Of a DNA stretch of 19,374 nt, positions 15,021 through 19,374 are shown piece by piece. Within the stretch, counting starts at the first letter, position 1, and each line of letters opens with the position of its first letter. The stretch is from Gemmatimonadota bacterium (GTDB taxonomy: Bacteria > Gemmatimonadota > Gemmatimonadetes > Gemmatimonadales > GWC2-71-9): contig JBDHKN010000088.1 of the NCBI GenBank assembly GCA_039586365.1, positions 1 to 19,374 on the forward strand. The letters are read 5' to 3'. The position numbers and the translations under genes were made by a program. The notes beneath the pieces were generated by a model, which saw nothing but the letters and a program-made list of their open reading frames with translations, did not search any database and was not told where the DNA came from.

Positions 15021-16985
15021 ATGGCCCCGATCTTGCCCCTCCACGGGGCGGCTCCAACCCAAGCCAAGGCGTCGATCGTGACCACAGTGGACGCCGTTTG
15101 TACGACCTGTCCGTTTTGCGCTTGCGGGTGCGGAATCTACCTGCAGGCTGAAGACGGTAAGCTTTCCGGGGTGGGGCCGAGCAGGCACCACCCGATTTCC
15201 CAGAGCAGAGTATGCGCCAGGGGGTGGGGTGCTCACGAGGCGCCCGCGTGGGGTGAGCGTCTAACCGAGCCCCTAGTGCGGCGCGCCGGCGGACTCACAC
15301 CGGTGACGTGGGAGGAGGCGCTGGATGCAGCGACCACCAGCCTTGGCGCGGTGCAGGCAGCCGGGAAGGCCGTCGGGGTTCTCGGTTCGGCGCGGGCGAC
15401 GAATGAAGAGAACTACCTGGTGGCCAGGCTGGCGCGCGGGGCGCTCGGAACCGGCGATCTCGATTCCTGTCTGCGGAGCACGTACTTGCCGCTTGCGCGG
15501 GGGATCGCACGCGGCAGTGGCGGACGTGCGCCGTGGGGCAGGCTGGCAGACATCGAGGGGAGCGAGGTGGTCATCGTCTTCGACGGCGACCTCGCCAGCA
15601 GCCACCCTCGGGCGGCCTTCGCGGTCATGCGGGCGGTGGCGCGGGGAGCGCGTCTGCTGACGGTCTCCTGCTTACGCACTCAATTGGCGCGTCTAGCAGC
15701 GTTGCATGTGCCGGTGTCGCCGGGCGGGCAGCACGAGGTCGTTTCCGGCCTCGTCGCCTCGGTCGCCGAGGCGGGCGGTGCCGAGGAGAGCGTGCCGGAA
15801 GGATGGGCCGTCGAGCCGCCTGCCGCGCTCGCGGAGGAGGTGAGGGAGGCTGGGCGGTGGTACGCGGAGGCCGAGCGTGCGAGCCTTTTGGTTGCCCCGG
15901 AGGCCGTGATGGGGAATTCGGGTGAGGCGTTCGGGGCAGCCCTCGCCTTGCTGAGCCGGATGTCCGGGCACCTGGGCCGCCCCGGGTCGGTGCTTCTGCC
16001 GTTGCCGGTGCGCTGGAACCTGCGGGGCGCGTGCGAGATGGGTGTGGGGCCGGACGTCCTGCCTGGTGGAGGACCACTCGATGATGCGGCGGCGCTTGAG
16101 CGGCTGGCAGAGGTCTGGGGAGGGGAGCCGGCAACCGGGGCAGGTCGCGACGCCGCAGCGATGATCGGCACGGTCGGAGGCCTGGTGGTCGTGGCCGACG
16201 ATCCGCCGAGCGCGCTCCGGGATGGCAGGGCGGCCGTCCAAGGGTTGGCGGAACTGGACTGCCTCGTGGTACTGGATGCCTTCATGACACCGACCGTTCG
16301 CGCCGCTCACGTCGTGCTGCCGATTGCCAGCCACGCAGAGAACGAAGGCACCTGCACGAGTGCGGACGGGCGCGTCCAGCGGGTGCGACCGTGTGCGCCG
16401 CCCCCCGGCTCTGCGCGGCCCGGCTGGCAGGTGCTGGCCGGACTCTCGGCTGGACTGGGCCGAGCGTTTGATTTCGCGTCCCCAGGGGGCGTGTTGGACG
16501 AGATCCGTCGTGTGGTACCCGCGTACGAGAGACTGGACGAGCGAGCGCTTGACGAGGTCTGGGGAGACGTAGTCGCCCCGCAGAGCGACGGACGCCCGAT
16601 CGAATGCCCCGCGCGATTCGGGGACCCGCCCCGAGCCTCCGGCGACGCGTCGCACCTGCTCGCGCTGGATGGGGTGTTCGACTGGGGGAGCGATCCGCTG
16701 GTGGCCTTCGCGCCCACCTTGAGCCGGGACTTTATCTCGAGGCGCAAGCTCTTTTCCGGCGGGCTGGTCGAGATGAGCGGCGAGGACGCCAAGGCGCTCG
16801 GGGTGCGGCCCGGCTGGCCGGTGCGGATCAAGTCCCTGCACGGGGAAGTGACGCTCCCCGTCGTGGTGCGTCGGGAGGTGGAGCGGGGGTTGTTGCTCGT
16901 GCCGTTCGCGTTCCGCGACCAGGTCGGCGATGTGCTGGGCGGGCACGACATAGTGCCCGTGCAGGTGACGCGCCCAGAAGGGTGA
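15021..16985 (+). CDS. Formate dehydrogenase alpha-like (molybdopterin oxidoreductase fold) protein with degenerate active site
   Basis: TTCPFCACGC..VCARG (4Fe-4S), RLTEPLVR, TWEEAL, GSARATNEENY, GACEMG, AHVVLP..E.EGT.TSADGRVQR. ATG 15021 is 9 nt after GGAG; exact start uncertain. Confidence 0.85.
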   Translation: MAPILPLHGAAPTQAKASIVTTVDAVCTTCPFCACGCGIYLQAEDGKLSGVGPSRHHPISQSRVCARGWGAHEAPAWGERLTEPLVRRAGGLTPVTWEEALDAATTSLGAVQAAGKAVGVLGSARATNEENYLVARLARGALGTGDLDSCLRSTYLPLARGIARGSGGRAPWGRLADIEGSEVVIVFDGDLASSHPRAAFAVMRAVARGARLLTVSCLRTQLARLAALHVPVSPGGQHEVVSGLVASVAEAGGAEESVPEGWAVEPPAALAEEVREAGRWYAEAERASLLVAPEAVMGNSGEAFGAALALLSRMSGHLGRPGSVLLPLPVRWNLRGACEMGVGPDVLPGGGPLDDAAALERLAEVWGGEPATGAGRDAAAMIGTVGGLVVVADDPPSALRDGRAAVQGLAELDCLVVLDAFMTPTVRAAHVVLPIASHAENEGTCTSADGRVQRVRPCAPPPGSARPGWQVLAGLSAGLGRAFDFASPGGVLDEIRRVVPAYERLDERALDEVWGDVVAPQSDGRPIECPARFGDPPRASGDASHLLALDGVFDWGSDPLVAFAPTLSRDFISRRKLFSGGLVEMSGEDAKALGVRPGWPVRIKSLHGEVTLPVVVRREVERGLLLVPFAFRDQVGDVLGGHDIVPVQVTRPEG

Positions 16986-16999
16986 ACGGAGAGCCGACT

Positions 17000-18052
17000 A
17001 TGGAATCGGTCACAGCGCAGGTCATCGCCAGGGCCAGAGTCGGCGCGTGGATAGAGCGGCTGATGGCCGAGGCCGAGGTCATAGCGCCGGTCCTGGCGCA
17101 CGGCGGGGACGAGGTGTTCGCAGCGATCCAGTCTCCCGACGAGGTCCTTTGGGAGTTCGCCAACCCCGTGCACCCACCCAAGCAGTTCCTCCTGCCGCAG
17201 ACCGATCCCGTTGTGGCGATTCGGCGCGCCGGCAACGGGTATGCGCTCGAACCCATTGTGGATGAGCGCCGCCGCATCCTGTTGAACATCCGGAGCTGCG
17301 ACGTGACCGGCCTCGCGTTCTTGCGGCGCGTGCACGCAGCCGACTTGCCCGACGACTCTTACCTGCGGCGCGCGGCCGCCGTGACCGTCGTCTGCCTTGC
17401 ATGCTCCCAGCCGTGTCCGCTGGGGTTCTGCGTTTGCAGCGCTGCGGGGCCCTTTGCCAGAGAGGGCTACGATGTGCAGCTCAGCGACATGGGAGACCGC
17501 CTGCTGGCCGAGCCCGGCAGCGAGCGTGGGGAAGAGCTGCTCAGCGCCGCGGGCGATCTTTTCCGCCCCGCGACGTCGGAGGAGCTAGCACGGCGACACG
17601 ACCTGGAGGAGCAGGCGAAGCGGCTCTTCGGTGAGGAGACGTGCCACTTCGCCTCGGCCATGCGACGTGTCTCGACCGGTCGGGTCGCTGACGAGTTGTG
17701 GGCGAGCATGACGGATTGGTGCCTCGAGTGTGGCGCCTGCAATTTCGTTTGTCCGACCTGCTACTGCTTCTCGGTGAAGGACCGGCGTGATGGCGATGGG
17801 TGGTTGCGCTGTCGCACCTGGGACTCCTGCCAGTACCCGGCGTTCACCCGGGAGGCCTCGGGTCACAACCCCCGGGAGGAGCGCAAGGATAGGATCAAGC
17901 GGCGCTTCTTCCATAAGGTTAGCGCGCAGTACTTCCAGCGCGACGGCGTGGTCGGCTGCGTGGGGTGCGGCAGGTGCATCGAGGTTTGCCTCGGCACTAC
18001 TGACATGCCGGCCGTGGTCGCGGCGATCCGCAAGGGGGAATGGCATGGATAG
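17000..18052 (+). CDS. AsrA / sulfhydrogenase-beta / FlxB-C-like FeS protein
   Basis: PPKQFLLP, IRSCD, CLECGACNFVCPTCYCF, WDSC, RRFFHK, CVGCGRCIEVC. ATG 17000 is 8 nt after GGAG. Confidence 0.9.
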   Translation: MESVTAQVIARARVGAWIERLMAEAEVIAPVLAHGGDEVFAAIQSPDEVLWEFANPVHPPKQFLLPQTDPVVAIRRAGNGYALEPIVDERRRILLNIRSCDVTGLAFLRRVHAADLPDDSYLRRAAAVTVVCLACSQPCPLGFCVCSAAGPFAREGYDVQLSDMGDRLLAEPGSERGEELLSAAGDLFRPATSEELARRHDLEEQAKRLFGEETCHFASAMRRVSTGRVADELWASMTDWCLECGACNFVCPTCYCFSVKDRRDGDGWLRCRTWDSCQYPAFTREASGHNPREERKDRIKRRFFHKVSAQYFQRDGVVGCVGCGRCIEVCLGTTDMPAVVAAIRKGEWHG

Positions 18053-18866
18053 CCTGTTTCTCCCGCGAGTGGCGCGCATCCTCGACGTGCGGGATGAGAC
18101 ATACGACACCAAGACGTTCCGGGTCGTCTTCCGGGACCGGGCGGCTCAGGACGGGTTCGAGTTCCGGCCCGGTCAGTTCGTCGAACTCTCGGTCTTCGGC
18201 TACGGCGAGGCGCCCTTCTGCATCGCCTCGTCGCCGACTCGGCCCGAGTGCCTGGAGTTCACGGTGCGGCGCGCCGGCCAGCTCACCGACGCCCTGCACC
18301 GACTCGGCCCTGGCGACGAGATCGGCCTGCGCGGGCCATGCGGCAACTTCTTCGACCTGGCGGCAGCTGAAGGGAAGGACCTGCTGTTCATCGGCGGCGG
18401 TATCGGCCTGCCGCCGCTGCGTGGGCTCATCTGGAACGTCCTCGACCGACGCGAGCACTTCGGGCACGCCACGATCCTCTACGGAGCGCGCACCCCGGCT
18501 GATCTGGTCTACAAGGACGAGCTGAAGGATTGGGCGGAGCGCTCCGATGTGGAGTTCCTGGTCACCGTCGACCGCGCGGCGCCGGGTTGGGACGGTATCG
18601 TCGGCATGGTGCCCGTTCTGTTCGACCGCACCGAGCTGCGGCCAAGCACGTCCTTGGCATACGTGTGCGGCCCCCCGGTGATGATCAGCTTCGTGATTCA
18701 GGACCTGCTCATGCGCGGCTTCTCCGAGGAGGCGATCATCTCGACGCTCGAGCGCATGATGCAGTGCGGGGTGGGGAAGTGTAACCACTGCGCCATCGGC
18801 CACCGCTACGTTTGTCGCGACGGACCGGTCTTCAGCTACAGCCAGATCAAGGAGATGGTCGAATGA
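18045..18866 (+). CDS. AsrB / sulfhydrogenase-gamma / FlxA-like FAD/NAD(P)-binding [2Fe-2S] protein
   Basis: FRPGQFVEL...GEAPFCIAS, LRGPCGN, GGGIGLPPLR, VCGPPVM, ERMMQCGVGKCNHC, VCRDGPVF. ATG 18045 follows AAGGGGG and overlaps the upstream gene end. Confidence 0.92.
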   Translation: MDSLFLPRVARILDVRDETYDTKTFRVVFRDRAAQDGFEFRPGQFVELSVFGYGEAPFCIASSPTRPECLEFTVRRAGQLTDALHRLGPGDEIGLRGPCGNFFDLAAAEGKDLLFIGGGIGLPPLRGLIWNVLDRREHFGHATILYGARTPADLVYKDELKDWAERSDVEFLVTVDRAAPGWDGIVGMVPVLFDRTELRPSTSLAYVCGPPVMISFVIQDLLMRGFSEEAIISTLERMMQCGVGKCNHCAIGHRYVCRDGPVFSYSQIKEMVE

Positions 18867-19374
18867 GCCTGGCAAAGGAGCTGGCCGACCGCTTGAGAGG
18901 CTCGGTCGTCGTGATCGGGATCGGCAACCCGCTGCGCGGCGACGATGCCGCTGGCTGCGAGGTGGCGCGGCGACTCCAGGGCCGCAGCACCGCGCTGGTG
19001 GTTAACGCCGAGGAGATCCCTGAGAGCCATCTTGTCCGCATCGCGGCGGCCCGTCCTGACACGGTGTTGTTTGTCGACGCGGTTGACCTGGGCGCGGCCC
19101 CGGGCTCCCTGGCAGTGGTCGAGGCACAGCAGATGGCCGGCTACTGCCCGTCCACTCACCGTGTGCCGCTCGGCCTGCTGATGGAGTGCTTGCGTCGCGA
19201 TACGGCCGCCGACGTGTTCCTCGTGGCGGTGCAGCCGGGGCGAATCGGCTTCGGCGAGCCGATGAGTGCCGAGGTCGCGGCCAGCATTACGGTGTTCATC
19301 GAGATGCTTGAGGGCCTCCTGCCGGCGCCCCCTGCAGGCGCGGGCTCACGCGGCGCGGCGAAACTCGAGGGGAG
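18863..19374 (+). CDS. hycI: Second hydrogenase maturation endopeptidase, HycI-like; no stop codon within the window (absent from the ORF track)
   Basis: Translated by hand: MSLAKELADRLRGSVVVIGIGNPLRGDDAAG...NAEEIPE...FVDAVDLGAAPG...STHRVPL...VQPGRIGFGEPMS. ATGA overlap with the previous stop; AAGGAG at 18849-18854. Confidence 0.88.
   Translation, partial: MSLAKELADRLRGSVVVIGIGNPLRGDDAAGCEVARRLQGRSTALVVNAEEIPESHLVRIAAARPDTVLFVDAVDLGAAPGSLAVVEAQQMAGYCPSTHRVPLGLLMECLRRDTAADVFLVAVQPGRIGFGEPMSAEVAASITVFIEMLEGLLPAPPAGAGSRGAAKLEG

Noticed and set aside
16604..16999. Extended ORF-track N-termini (16604; also 4357, 4619, 11019, 17787)
   Set aside because: Downstream starts fit family N-termini better, mostly with SD-like sequences, and the extensions at 4619, 16604 and 17787 overlap upstream genes.

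Overview
A single + strand, operon-like cluster of about 19 genes for anaerobic redox metabolism, most likely bacterial. Gene order: [HdrA N-terminal fragment fused to NuoE/HydC] - thioredoxin-like ferredoxin (HndB/HydD type) - [NuoF/HydB fused to a GltD/NfnB-type flavoprotein] - regulatory cassette (DRTGG, CBS+RsbT-like kinase, DRTGG, PHP, HATPase) - [NuoG-type N-terminal FeS domain fused to the rest of that HdrA plus a second HdrA] - mvhD - 65-aa hypothetical - single-domain response regulator - mvhG - mvhA (group 3c-like [NiFe] hydrogenase) - maturation protease. After a structured intergenic region comes a more GC-rich block: degenerate FdhA-like protein, AsrA/FlxB-like and AsrB/FlxA-like proteins, and a second, HycI-like protease that runs off the window end. 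The most striking feature is that one HdrA appears split inside its ferredoxin domain, with a NuoE/F/G-like module and a signalling cassette nested between the halves. All calls come from motif recognition by eye; no database searches were run, so novelty is unverified. No RNA genes, mobile elements or CRISPR arrays were recognised.
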